Origin: Magnetococcales bacterium
GTDB taxonomy: Bacteria > Pseudomonadota > Magnetococcia > Magnetococcales > JADFYX01
Assembly (NCBI GenBank): GCA_015231305.1
Contig: JADGBW010000005.1
Span: 1 to 63,603, forward strand
Direction of reading: 5' to 3'
Length of the DNA stretch: 63,603 nt
The notes beneath the pieces are model-generated. The model saw only the letters and a list, made by a program, of their open reading frames with translations, was not told the origin of the DNA and did not search any database. A program made the position numbers and the translations under genes. How positions within the stretch are numbered: position 1 is the first letter of the stretch; the number at the start of each line of letters is the position of its first letter. Shown here one piece after another: positions 1 through 8,988 of this stretch.

Positions 1-2
1 AT

Positions 3-1106
3 TTAGTTCTTGATGATTTCTTGCGATCAACTTTTCTGCCTTTTCTTTTTATAAGAAAAATTTTTCACGACTATATGTTGGATTTAAGCCTCATCAAACG
101 GCGTGTTGCAGTGTTTGGTGCTGGTGAAAATGCCTGTCTTATTGCTAATTTAGCCCTTAAAACGCCTAGTAATTTTAATATAATTGGTTATTGGCAAGTA
201 CCAGGAGAGGTTACCCATATTAACCCTGATAAGATTTGCAGTAGCGATGATACCTTTGTTGAATGGGTAAGAAAGCACCAAATAGATGAGATTGTAATAG
301 CTCAGGATAGTGTTTTCCCCAAGGATATGATGAAGGATATTTTGGATTGTAAATCTGATGGAGTTTTAATTGTTGATCTACCAATATTTTTTGAGCGTGA
401 GAGCTATCTAATAAATATGGATATTTTGGACCCACAATGGTGGGTGCTTCACTCCCACGGAGTTGACCAGGGTTCTGGCCAGGAAATTTTTAAAAAAATA
501 TTTGATATTTTTTGGAGTTTGGTGTTCTTGGGTGCAACATTGCCTCTAATGGTTTTAACTTCACTTGCAATATTAATAGAGAGCAAAGGTCGAGGCCCTA
601 TCTTTTATGTGCAAGAGCGAGTCGGCTTTAATGGGCGTATTTTTTCAGTTATGAAATTTCGTAGTATGCGCACAGATGCCGAACACGATGGAGTAGCGCG
701 TTGGGCCCAACAGGACGATAACAGGATAACTTTTGTTGGTGAATTTATACGTAAAACGCGTCTTGATGAGCTGCCACAATTTATCAATGTGTTACGGGGA
801 GAGATGAGTTTCATAGGGCCAAGACCCGAAAGGCCAGTCTTTGTAGAACAGCTAAAAAAGCAAATACCATATTATACTGAACGCTTACGTGTTAAACCCG
901 GAATTACTGGTTGGGCGCAAGTTCGCTACGGATACGGCTCTTCGGAGTCTGATGCAGCAGAGAAGCTAAAATATGATCTTTACTATGTGAAAAACCATGG
1001 TATTTTCCTTGACTTGCTGGTGTTGATCTACTCTGTTGAAGTTGTACTATTTGGCTCAGGAGCTACTGGGCCAAGAGAAGAACAAAAAAAACTGCCTAAG
1101 GAATAA
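3..1106 (+). CDS. Sugar transferase (priming glycosyltransferase), PEP-CTERM/XrtA-system type; 5'-partial
   Basis: C-terminal bacterial sugar-transferase motifs KFRSM, RITFVGEFIRKTRLDELPQFINVLRGEMSFIGPRPERP, KPGITGWAQV, KLKYDLYY. The frame is open back to the window edge. Confidence 0.9.
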   Translation, partial: LVLDDFLRSTFLPFLFIRKIFHDYMLDLSLIKRRVAVFGAGENACLIANLALKTPSNFNIIGYWQVPGEVTHINPDKICSSDDTFVEWVRKHQIDEIVIAQDSVFPKDMMKDILDCKSDGVLIVDLPIFFERESYLINMDILDPQWWVLHSHGVDQGSGQEIFKKIFDIFWSLVFLGATLPLMVLTSLAILIESKGRGPIFYVQERVGFNGRIFSVMKFRSMRTDAEHDGVARWAQQDDNRITFVGEFIRKTRLDELPQFINVLRGEMSFIGPRPERPVFVEQLKKQIPYYTERLRVKPGITGWAQVRYGYGSSESDAAEKLKYDLYYVKNHGIFLDLLVLIYSVEVVLFGSGATGPREEQKKLPKE

Positions 1107-1491
1107 GGTTTAACACGGAAGAACTTATAAATAACAAGTGCTTAGACAAAGTTTTGATTGTTGTGTCACATTTTACAAAAAGCTGTAAGATGAAATGCAC
1201 TATTTCTCATTAAGAAATTCCTTTGCGAACCAACCCTTTAAAGAGTAAAGTCTGTATTTAACGAAAATTACGAGTGAACTCTGTACTTGCTAGGGGTAGT
1301 TGTTGTATAATTCTGGATTATCCCTTTGGTAGACTTGATCAGCAGTAGTGTTTGAGTCTCAAATGTATTAGGGAATATTTATAATAAATTGTTGGTTTTC
1401 TTTCACTAAAAAGGGAGAGGCTACAAGATAATTTCTTTTTAATGTTATCTTTAGCCATTCCCTATTTATCAAGGTATAACGCTGTTAAAGT

Positions 1492-3078
1492 ATGCAGCAG
1501 GATATTGCACTTAGAGACCTCTATTACCAGGTAATTATTTATCTGGGAGGTATGTGGCGCCATCGGTGGCAAGCCGTTCTTCTGGCGTGGTTTATCTGTC
1601 TAGCAGGATGGGTTTCTGTTGCTATGATGGAAGACCAATACGTTTCACAAGCTAGGGTTAAAATTGAAGACCCACGCGAGAATATTAAAGATTTTCTTGC
1701 CAAAGATTCTGGTGTTATGGATGTTACCAGAGAAGCTAGAAAATTTCTTAATGGCCTGCTTTCTCGAAATAATCTACTTGGTGCTATTAGCAAGACAGAC
1801 CTTGCCTTTAGTGTAAATAACGATAGAGAAACCGAGGAGATGCTCAATACTCTACGCGCCCAACTTAGCGTTGCTGCTTCTGGTGCTAGTACCTATACAA
1901 TTAAACACCGCCATAGTAACCCACAGATCACCCAACAAGTTGTGGCGTATTTAGTTGACCTTCTTCCCCGTGATAAAGTTAACGAATTTTTAGGCGGACA
2001 GGCTCAGGCTGCAAAGAAGTTTTTGCAGACTCAAGTTGAAGAGTACGAGTCTAAGGTGAGCAAAGCTGAGCAGGAGTTGCGAGCCTTTAAAAAGAAACAC
2101 GTAATGATTCTTCCTGATAATCAAGGTGGCTATTACGAACGATTACAAAAATTTTCTAAGCAACAAGAGGAAGATCAGGCACTAAAGGTTGCTTTAGAGA
2201 AACGTCAGGAAGAGATGGAGCGGCAGCTGCAAGACTTGAAAAAGAAACAGGTCGCCCCTAAAAAAGTGGAAGTTGAAGATCCAATCGATGAACGTGTAGT
2301 TGCTTTAAATGCCAAACTAGATAAACTTTTTTCGCAATATTACCTAATGGGAGGCGAAAAACGGCCCTTATATACAGAAAGCCATGCTGAAGTTATTGCC
2401 ATTCGTAAGGCTATAGCAAGATTTGAAAAACAGCGTGAGGAAGAGAGATCTAAATCTTATGATGAGGTATCCGAGTCTGATAATTGGGAGTTGGAAGCAA
2501 ACCCAGTATTTAGAAAACTAAAAATGGAAGCAAGCGCAATAGATATTGAATTGGCTTCCGTTACAGCAAGACAAGCAACAACAAAACAACAGATTAAAAA
2601 GCTGAAAGAGTTGGAGGACGTTATCCCAGCTATGGAGAATAAGCTATTCCGCTTGCAGGGATATTTAGACCAGAAAAAAAATAAGATGCTCAAAATGTTG
2701 AACAAAGAAACACAGGCAACAGAAACAGCTGAAATTGAAGCTCGCTTGAGTCAGTTTGTTCGCTTTAGGGTTCTTAGCAGACCAGCTCTACCCAGAAGGC
2801 CAGTTGGTCCGAGACGGACACTGTTTTCAACTATCGTTTTAGTTGGTGCAGTTTTAGCAAGTGTTACTTTGGCTCTTTTCCTTGCTATTGTTCGGCCTGT
2901 TTTTGACTCTCCAGGTTCTTTGAAAAGAGTGTTGGGACTGCCAGTGTTAGGCATGGTCTCAATGGTTGATGAAGGTTTTGGTCAGAACTGGTTTCGTTCG
3001 ACACTATTTTTTATTTTTTCGGTAGCTTCGCTATTAGTAGTATATGCAGCTCTTGTTTTCTTGGCCCCAAGTTTTTAA
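1492..3078 (+). CDS. Polysaccharide chain-length determinant (Wzz/Wzc N-terminal part), XrtA-system type
   Basis: N-terminal TM (GMWRHRWQAVLLAW), long coiled coil, PRRPVGPRR before C-terminal TMs, LGLPVLG motif; lies before a BY-kinase. Confidence 0.85.
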   Translation: MQQDIALRDLYYQVIIYLGGMWRHRWQAVLLAWFICLAGWVSVAMMEDQYVSQARVKIEDPRENIKDFLAKDSGVMDVTREARKFLNGLLSRNNLLGAISKTDLAFSVNNDRETEEMLNTLRAQLSVAASGASTYTIKHRHSNPQITQQVVAYLVDLLPRDKVNEFLGGQAQAAKKFLQTQVEEYESKVSKAEQELRAFKKKHVMILPDNQGGYYERLQKFSKQQEEDQALKVALEKRQEEMERQLQDLKKKQVAPKKVEVEDPIDERVVALNAKLDKLFSQYYLMGGEKRPLYTESHAEVIAIRKAIARFEKQREEERSKSYDEVSESDNWELEANPVFRKLKMEASAIDIELASVTARQATTKQQIKKLKELEDVIPAMENKLFRLQGYLDQKKNKMLKMLNKETQATETAEIEARLSQFVRFRVLSRPALPRRPVGPRRTLFSTIVLVGAVLASVTLALFLAIVRPVFDSPGSLKRVLGLPVLGMVSMVDEGFGQNWFRSTLFFIFSVASLLVVYAALVFLAPSF

Positions 3079-3143
3079 TTAAACCTCTGCTAATTGTGAA
3101 CGTGTAAGATCACAGCTTAATGCACTAATATAGGTCTAGGTAT

Positions 3144-4055
3144 ATGTCTGAAGCGTTGGTTCGCAAAAAGGTACTTTTAGATTTTGAAAAGCTTCGGGCT
3201 AAAGGTATTCTGACCCCTGATACTGGGAGGAGCGTTGTTGCTGAGGAGTATAGGGTTATTAAAAGGCCCTTGCTTTTAAAAGCTAGCCAGGCAGATACCA
3301 ACAAAGATAGGCCAAAAAAGTTGATGATGGTGACAAGTGCTTTCCCAAAAGAGGGAAAGACATTTACTGCTATTAATCTTGCCATGAGTTTAGCAGCGGA
3401 GATGGACTCAACTGTTTTGTTGGTAGATGGTGATGTTGCAAAACCTTCTGTTAGCAGAATTCTAGGCTTTAAATCCAAAGTAGGTCTAATTGACTGTTTA
3501 ATGGGAAAAGTTTCAGATTATACTGAAGCGGTCATTCGTACCAATGTACCAAAACTAATGATTCTTCCTTCAGGTCGCAGGCATCACCATGCAACTGAAC
3601 TCTTAGCAAGTGATAGTATGCGGATATTGCTTAAAAAAATGATGCAGGATCCTAATCGTATCGTTGTATTTGACTCTCCACCATTACTGCTTACCACAGA
3701 ATCAAGAGAACTTGCCCGGACCATGGGGCAGATTGTGGTAGTTATTGAAGCAGAACGTACCCCGCAAAATGCTGTAAAAGATGCATTAGGGCAGCTAGAA
3801 GATTTAGATATTGTCGGTTTGGTGCTAAATAAAACCCGTAGACGTGGTCGTGGTGGTTATTATTACTACGGTTACGGTGGTTATGGTGGTTATGGTGGTT
3901 ATGGTGGCTACGGTGGTTATGGTGGCTACGGTGGCTACGGTGGTTATGGTGGCTACGGTGGTTATGGTGGCTACGGTGGTTATGGAGCAACTGATGGTAA
4001 AAATAGCAAAAAGAAAAGAAAAAAAGGTTTGATCAGCCGATTGTTTGGAATGTAA
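3144..4055 (+). CDS. Bacterial tyrosine autokinase (CpsD/EpsB-like) with expanded GGY tail
   Basis: Walker A TSAFPKEGKT, A' LLVDGD, B VVFDSPP, GLVLNK, then a C-terminal tyrosine cluster. Confidence 0.9.
   Translation: MSEALVRKKVLLDFEKLRAKGILTPDTGRSVVAEEYRVIKRPLLLKASQADTNKDRPKKLMMVTSAFPKEGKTFTAINLAMSLAAEMDSTVLLVDGDVAKPSVSRILGFKSKVGLIDCLMGKVSDYTEAVIRTNVPKLMILPSGRRHHHATELLASDSMRILLKKMMQDPNRIVVFDSPPLLLTTESRELARTMGQIVVVIEAERTPQNAVKDALGQLEDLDIVGLVLNKTRRRGRGGYYYYGYGGYGGYGGYGGYGGYGGYGGYGGYGGYGGYGGYGGYGATDGKNSKKKRKKGLISRLFGM
3876..3983 (+). repeat. 12 x 9-bp in-frame tandem repeat (GGTGGYTAY) encoding (Gly-Gly-Tyr)12
   Basis: Directly visible; units are GGTGGTTAT or GGTGGCTAC. Confidence 0.97.
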
Positions 4056-4070
4056 AAAAAAATTGATTAA

Positions 4071-4190
4071 GCAGTTGTTGCTACATAACTGATGCAAGTT
4101 ATTGATCCACCTAAATGGGCTGAGATTAACTACAGTACACCAGATAAACCAATTTCTTGCGCTATAAACGCACCGCAAACTGCCAAAATT
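4071..4190. repeat. Degenerate, internally shortened copy of the palindromic element at 42143-42305 (family B)
   Basis: GCAGTTGTTGCTACATAACTGATGCAAGTTATTGATCCACCT aligns with GCAGCTGTCGCCACGCACCTGACGCAAGCAATTGACTCACCT; both copies share TACACCAGATAAACCAAT, ACGCACC and AACTGCCAAA. Confidence 0.75.
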
Positions 4191-4230
4191 ATAATAAACC
4201 AATGGTCTTCCCCTTATCACCTTTTTAAAA

Positions 4231-5379
4231 TTGGTATTGCCCGTGTCTTCACCTATTATTTGCGTCGTTGGGGCGCGGCCTAACTTTATGAAAATGGCTG
4301 CTATTCTACCAGCCTTAAAAGGTGGAAAGTCTCCCCTTAACACCCATTTGGTCCATACTGGTCAGCACTATGATGCTGCTATGAAAGATGCATTTTTTTA
4401 CCAGTTAGATATCCCAACTCCAGATATTGACCTTGAAGTAGGCTCTGGAACCCACGCAGTACAAACGGCAGAGATAATGCGTCGTTTTGAGCCTGTCATC
4501 GACAAAGAATCTCCTAGTGCTGTCTTGGTGGTGGGTGATGTAAACTCTACAATTGCTTGTGCTTTGGTAGCTGTTAAAAAAGGGGTTCCGGTAATTCATG
4601 TTGAAGCTGGGCTAAGAAGTTTAGATAGAACAATGCCTGAGGAGATAAATAGAATTTTAGTTGACCAACTATCTGATTTTCTTTTTACAACAGAGCGGGT
4701 AGCATTGGATAATTTAACTCGCGAAGGGATAAGCGCAGATAAGGTTCATTTTGTCGGCAATGTAATGATTGACACTCTCTTAAGGTTGTTGCCAAAAGCA
4801 ACTGAAGCTAAAAGTATTTTAGCTAAACTTGCACCAGAAGCATCTTTATCGGTTGAAGCTGGTAGTTATGGTCTTTTGACTATGCACCGACCTTCAAATG
4901 TTGATGATGCTGTTGTACTTAAAAGTTTATTGGAAGAGTTGGCTAGTCTTAGTAAGGAAATACCTTTAATTTTCCCTGTTCATCCACGTACTAAAGCACA
5001 AATAAAACGTTTTGGCTTCGATAAGCTTTTGGCTGAATCCAACATTTTAGCTTTGCCTCCTATTGGTTATTTAGAAATGCTGGGGCTTATGAAAGATGCA
5101 AAGTTGGTAATAACTGATTCTGGTGGTATTCAAGAAGAGACTACAGCACTTGGCATACCTTGCGTTACTATTCGTGAAAATACTGAAAGACCCATTACTA
5201 TTACATCTGGCACAAATACCTTGGTGGGAACTGATAGAATAAAAATTCGCAATGCTACCATAGAAGTACTTGAGAGTGGGGGTAAGGCAGGGCGCATACC
5301 TGAGCTATGGGATGGCAATGCAGGTTTGCGAATTGCTGAGGTTTTGCAAAATAGTTTTGTAAATGTCCGCACCAAATAA
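4231..5379 (+). CDS. wecB: UDP-N-acetylglucosamine 2-epimerase (non-hydrolysing)
   Basis: VGARPNFMK, HTGQHYD, HVEAGLRS, MPEEINR, TDSGGIQEE, RENTERP motifs. Confidence 0.93.
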   Translation: MVLPVSSPIICVVGARPNFMKMAAILPALKGGKSPLNTHLVHTGQHYDAAMKDAFFYQLDIPTPDIDLEVGSGTHAVQTAEIMRRFEPVIDKESPSAVLVVGDVNSTIACALVAVKKGVPVIHVEAGLRSLDRTMPEEINRILVDQLSDFLFTTERVALDNLTREGISADKVHFVGNVMIDTLLRLLPKATEAKSILAKLAPEASLSVEAGSYGLLTMHRPSNVDDAVVLKSLLEELASLSKEIPLIFPVHPRTKAQIKRFGFDKLLAESNILALPPIGYLEMLGLMKDAKLVITDSGGIQEETTALGIPCVTIRENTERPITITSGTNTLVGTDRIKIRNATIEVLESGGKAGRIPELWDGNAGLRIAEVLQNSFVNVRTK

Positions 5380-6256
5380 GCCAAATACAGCAACAACAGC
5401 CAGATCTAGCATTACCAATGCTATGAGTGTGGATGTAGAAGACTATTTCCAGGTTGCTGCATTTGAGGACCATATACCTTTTTCTAAGTGGAATAACTGG
5501 CCTTGTCGGGTAGAGGCTAACACTGATCGTTTATTGGCAATTTTTGATCAGTACAATATTCACGCAACATTTTTTACATTAGGTTGGGTGGCTCAACGTT
5601 TTCCAGCCCTTATACAGCGCATCGTTGCAGGTGGTCATGAGGTTGCTGGTCATAGTATGAACCACGTACGTATTTTTCGTCAGACTCCAAAAGAGTTTAA
5701 AGAAGATATAGTTACCTGTAAAAAGATTATTGAAGATATAAGCGGTCAAAAAGTTATTGGCTATCGTGCGCCAACTTACTCTATCAACCATGAAACACTA
5801 TGGGCTTTAGATATTCTTTTTGAAGCTGGCTATAGATATAGTTCCAGCATCTATCCTGTTTATCATGATCTATACGGTATGCCGGACGCGCCTCGTTTTC
5901 CTTATTATCCCAGACAGAATATTGTCCCTGATAAAAGAGGAATTTTAGAAATTCCTATTACTACAACTCTCATAGGAAACCGTCGTATACCTTGCGGTGG
6001 TGGTGGATATTTTCGCTTGTATCCTGTGGCTTTAACCCGTTGGGCATGGAATAGAGTTAACAGTGAAGGTAAACCAGGGGTGTTCTATTGTCACCCTTGG
6101 GAGTTTGATCCAGAGCAGCCACGTGTACCAAATTTAAATTGGAAGACAAAAATAAGACATTATCTTAACCTGGAGCAGATGGAGGACCGTTTTAAGAGTA
6201 TGTTAGTGGACTATAATTGGGACAGGGTGGATAAGGTGTATAAAGAGAGCTTGTGA
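5363..6256 (+). CDS. Polysaccharide deacetylase, PEP-CTERM/XrtA-associated type
   Basis: SVDVEDYFQV, ATFFTLGWVA, GHEVAGH, GYRAP, GGGYFRL, FYCHPWEFDP motifs. Confidence 0.9.
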   Translation: MSAPNKPNTATTARSSITNAMSVDVEDYFQVAAFEDHIPFSKWNNWPCRVEANTDRLLAIFDQYNIHATFFTLGWVAQRFPALIQRIVAGGHEVAGHSMNHVRIFRQTPKEFKEDIVTCKKIIEDISGQKVIGYRAPTYSINHETLWALDILFEAGYRYSSSIYPVYHDLYGMPDAPRFPYYPRQNIVPDKRGILEIPITTTLIGNRRIPCGGGGYFRLYPVALTRWAWNRVNSEGKPGVFYCHPWEFDPEQPRVPNLNWKTKIRHYLNLEQMEDRFKSMLVDYNWDRVDKVYKESL

Positions 6257-7317
6257 TGAGTAGTGCTGTTAAGTTGCCAAGTTCGCTACATGTGCGTTTA
6301 CTTGGGGAAGAGGAGGACGGATTGTTATGGGACAGATTTGTTATGAGTTGTCCCAATGCAACTTTTTTTCACCGCGAAGGATGGCGCAGAGTAATAGAGA
6401 CTGCTTTTTCCCATAAAGCCCATTATCTTTTGGCAGAGGTGGACGGAGAAATTGCAGGTGTTCTACCATTGGTTCGCCAACGTAGTTTGTTGTTTGGTGA
6501 TGCTCTTATTTCTACTCCTTTTTGTGTTTATGGTGGAGTAGCCACTAGTAGAGATGATGTTCGTAATGCGTTGGAGTTACAGGCAGCTAAAATGGCTGAT
6601 ACTATGGGCGTTGCCTATCTTGAGTGTCGTAACCGAACATCATGCAACCCAAATTGGGCTACAAAAGATCTCTATTGTGGGTTTTCCAAGGCTATTTTCG
6701 ATGATCCACAAAAGAATTTGCTAGCCATACCAAGAAAACAGAGAGCTGAGGTGCGTAGGGGGCTTAAAAATGGCTTAGTCGGGGAGATTGATCAAGATGT
6801 CGGTGGTATATGTTATGATATCTATTCCCAGAGTGTGCGAAATTTAGGTACACCTGTTTTTTCAAGAGATTATTTCCATATTTTAAAAGCTGAATTTGGA
6901 GACGATTGCGATGGATTAGTTGTGCGTCGCAAAGGTAAGGCTGTGGCAGCTGTTGTTAATTTTTATTTTCGTGATGAGGTGTTGCCATATTATGGTGGAG
7001 GTACAACCGAGGCCCGTAGCTTGGGGGCTACCCACTATATGTATTGGGATTTAATGTCCCATGCCAGTAAGAGTAGGGGCGTAAAAAAATTTGACTTTGG
7101 TCGTAGTAAAAGGGGAAGTGGCTCTTTTGCCTTTAAACAATATTATGGTTTTTCTCCTGAACCACTTTTTTACCAATACCATTTAGTTGGGAATAATTCT
7201 ATCCCAGATTTGTCACCGAATAATCCTAAATATAAACTGTTTATCAATATGTGGAAGCGACTGCCACTACCGATATCTCAGTTTATTGGTCCTTTGATAG
7301 CGAAAAATTTAGGATAG
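6253..7317 (+). CDS. FemAB-like (GNAT) protein, PEP-CTERM/XrtA-associated
   Basis: ATFFHREGW, STPFCVYGG, IPRKQRAEVR, SVRNLGTP, FDFGRSK, WKRLPL motifs. Confidence 0.88.
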   Translation: MMSSAVKLPSSLHVRLLGEEEDGLLWDRFVMSCPNATFFHREGWRRVIETAFSHKAHYLLAEVDGEIAGVLPLVRQRSLLFGDALISTPFCVYGGVATSRDDVRNALELQAAKMADTMGVAYLECRNRTSCNPNWATKDLYCGFSKAIFDDPQKNLLAIPRKQRAEVRRGLKNGLVGEIDQDVGGICYDIYSQSVRNLGTPVFSRDYFHILKAEFGDDCDGLVVRRKGKAVAAVVNFYFRDEVLPYYGGGTTEARSLGATHYMYWDLMSHASKSRGVKKFDFGRSKRGSGSFAFKQYYGFSPEPLFYQYHLVGNNSIPDLSPNNPKYKLFINMWKRLPLPISQFIGPLIAKNLG

Positions 7318-7337
7318 ATAAAATAAATTGTTAAAAT

Positions 7338-7395
7338 AATATCAGCACATAGATACCATCCCGCATGTGCGGGAAATTCATATGTAGCTGATATT
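7338..7395. terminator. Long hairpin between convergent genes (likely terminator)
   Basis: AATATCAGC/GCTGATATT and ACATA/TATGT outer stems around a CCCGCA-TG-TGCGGG inner stem. Confidence 0.55.
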
Positions 7396-7444
7396 TATAG
7401 TTTATTGATTGATATATTGAAGATAATGGAGATTGTGCGAGGTG

Positions 7445-7639
7445 CTACTCTTGCCAGACTGGATTTACTACAGCAGTAACACGTAGTTCATGATATCCAT
7501 TTTGAATTGCGGTGCTTGGAATCTGTTTTACATTATCGCCAATGTGGTAGTTTTCTTTGCCATCACTAAAAATATACCAGCTTTTTGATGTTTTCGATGC
7601 ATTCTCTCTTGCTTCAACAATAGCTTCGTTATAGGTCAT
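7445..7639 (-). CDS. Small hypothetical protein (64 aa)
   Basis: ATG at 7639 preceded by a GGGGAA RBS-like sequence; the only ORF in a 1-kb AT-rich gap. Confidence 0.55.
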   Translation of the reverse strand: MTYNEAIVEARENASKTSKSWYIFSDGKENYHIGDNVKQIPSTAIQNGYHELRVTAVVNPVWQE

Positions 7640-7719
7640 TTTTTCCCCCAACAGATTTTTCAAAAACAGGCTTAAAATAAAAAAACATGATAATTTATGT
7701 TAAAAGAATAAACAGTTAG

Positions 7720-7783
7720 ATCTAATATTCGTTAACATTGTAATCTAAAATACGTTAATAGTCCAATCTAATATTCGTTAACA
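7720..7783. repeat. Three 18-bp direct repeats at 23-bp period (ATCTAATATTCGTTAACA)
   Basis: Exact copies at 7720-7737 and 7766-7783; variant ATCTAAAATACGTTAATA at 7743-7760. Confidence 0.85.
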
Positions 7784-8337
7784 GCTTAAATCAAACTTTC
7801 ATTAAAAATATGGGTTTCGAATAATTGGAGTCTCAGAACTCAAACTCGCTACATATTGCATGTAACTTGAGCAGAAGACAAGAGAAAAAAAATATTTTTT
7901 AAATATGTGTAAAATAAAGATAATTTAGCGATGTCATTGTTAAGAAAATGAAATTATTTATATAGCTACGACTCCTTGACATTGAAAAAAAACAATGAAA
8001 AAAGAGGCTTGAAAAAATATAAAATAACGAAAGTTACTGAAAAGTTGGCAAATTTGTCATATCGTTTGATTGTGCTTGAGAAAGGGCAATTTTAGTCTAA
8101 TATTGTAAATAATCTTATCTTAGTGTTGAAATTGTTTACTTATTAAATAGAACTGCTACTGTTTGGCTTCGTTTTATAAAAAATATTCTTTTTTACCTTA
8201 GTGCTAGCATTTGATGTATTACCAACTTCCCAATATTGGTTTGAACCTTAGTTGCTTAGAGTAGGTTTAGTAGGGTACTCTAATACTGTGGAGTTCTTGT
8301 TTGTTAAATTAGGCTAATTTTATGGAGATTTATTAAG

Positions 8338-8943
8338 TTGGAAAGTAGAAAATCTGTTATTGAATCATCTCTCTTAGCCCAAATTAAAGAGAGCAGGGAT
8401 GTGAAACAGCGTGTATTAGATGACCCAACCTGTTTGCATAGTTTGCAGTCTGCATGTGATATGGCTTTGGCTTGTTATCAAGGCGGGGGAAAACTCTTGA
8501 TTGCAGGTAATGGAGGGTCAGCAGCAGATGCTCAACACATTGCAGGTGAGTTAGTAAGCCGTTTTTTCTTTGACCGTCCATCTTTGCCGGCCATCGCTTT
8601 AACCACCGATAGTTCAATAATGACAGCTATTGGTAATGATTATGGTTATGAATATCTGTTCTCCAGGCAGATTGAAGGCAATGGGCAGCAAGGTGATCTA
8701 TTTTTGGCTATTACCACTTCGGGTAACTCACCTAACATTATAGAAGGTATTGCAGCTGCTAAGAAAAAAAATATGCAAGTGATAGGGTTAACAGGAGAAA
8801 AAGGTGGCAAGATGGCGTCATTGTGTGACGTATGTATTAAAATTCCTTCAACTGTGACTCCTCGTATTCAAGAAGGCCATATCTTAGTTGGGCATCTTCT
8901 GTGTGATTATATCGAAAAATCAATGTTTACACCTGAAGTGTAA
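8338..8943 (+). CDS. gmhA: D-sedoheptulose 7-phosphate isomerase
   Basis: GNGGSAADAQH, TAIGNDYG, TTSGNSPN, TPRIQEGH motifs. Confidence 0.95.
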   Translation: MESRKSVIESSLLAQIKESRDVKQRVLDDPTCLHSLQSACDMALACYQGGGKLLIAGNGGSAADAQHIAGELVSRFFFDRPSLPAIALTTDSSIMTAIGNDYGYEYLFSRQIEGNGQQGDLFLAITTSGNSPNIIEGIAAAKKKNMQVIGLTGEKGGKMASLCDVCIKIPSTVTPRIQEGHILVGHLLCDYIEKSMFTPEV

Positions 8944-8988
8944 CCAGGATTAACATAAATTTGTTCAAAAGCTCAAAAGGATAAAAAA

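Noticed and set aside
4092-4283. 63-aa ORF before wecB
   Set aside because: Overlaps the degenerate palindromic element and the wecB start; no coding signal.
3742-4343. ORFs rich in HHNHRS, TTVATI or VVMVAT
   Set aside because: Alternative-frame shadows of the 9-bp GGY repeat in the kinase gene.
7352-7783. Possible CRISPR array
   Set aside because: Only one repeat-like palindrome; the 23-bp-period repeats have 5-bp spacers; no cas genes.
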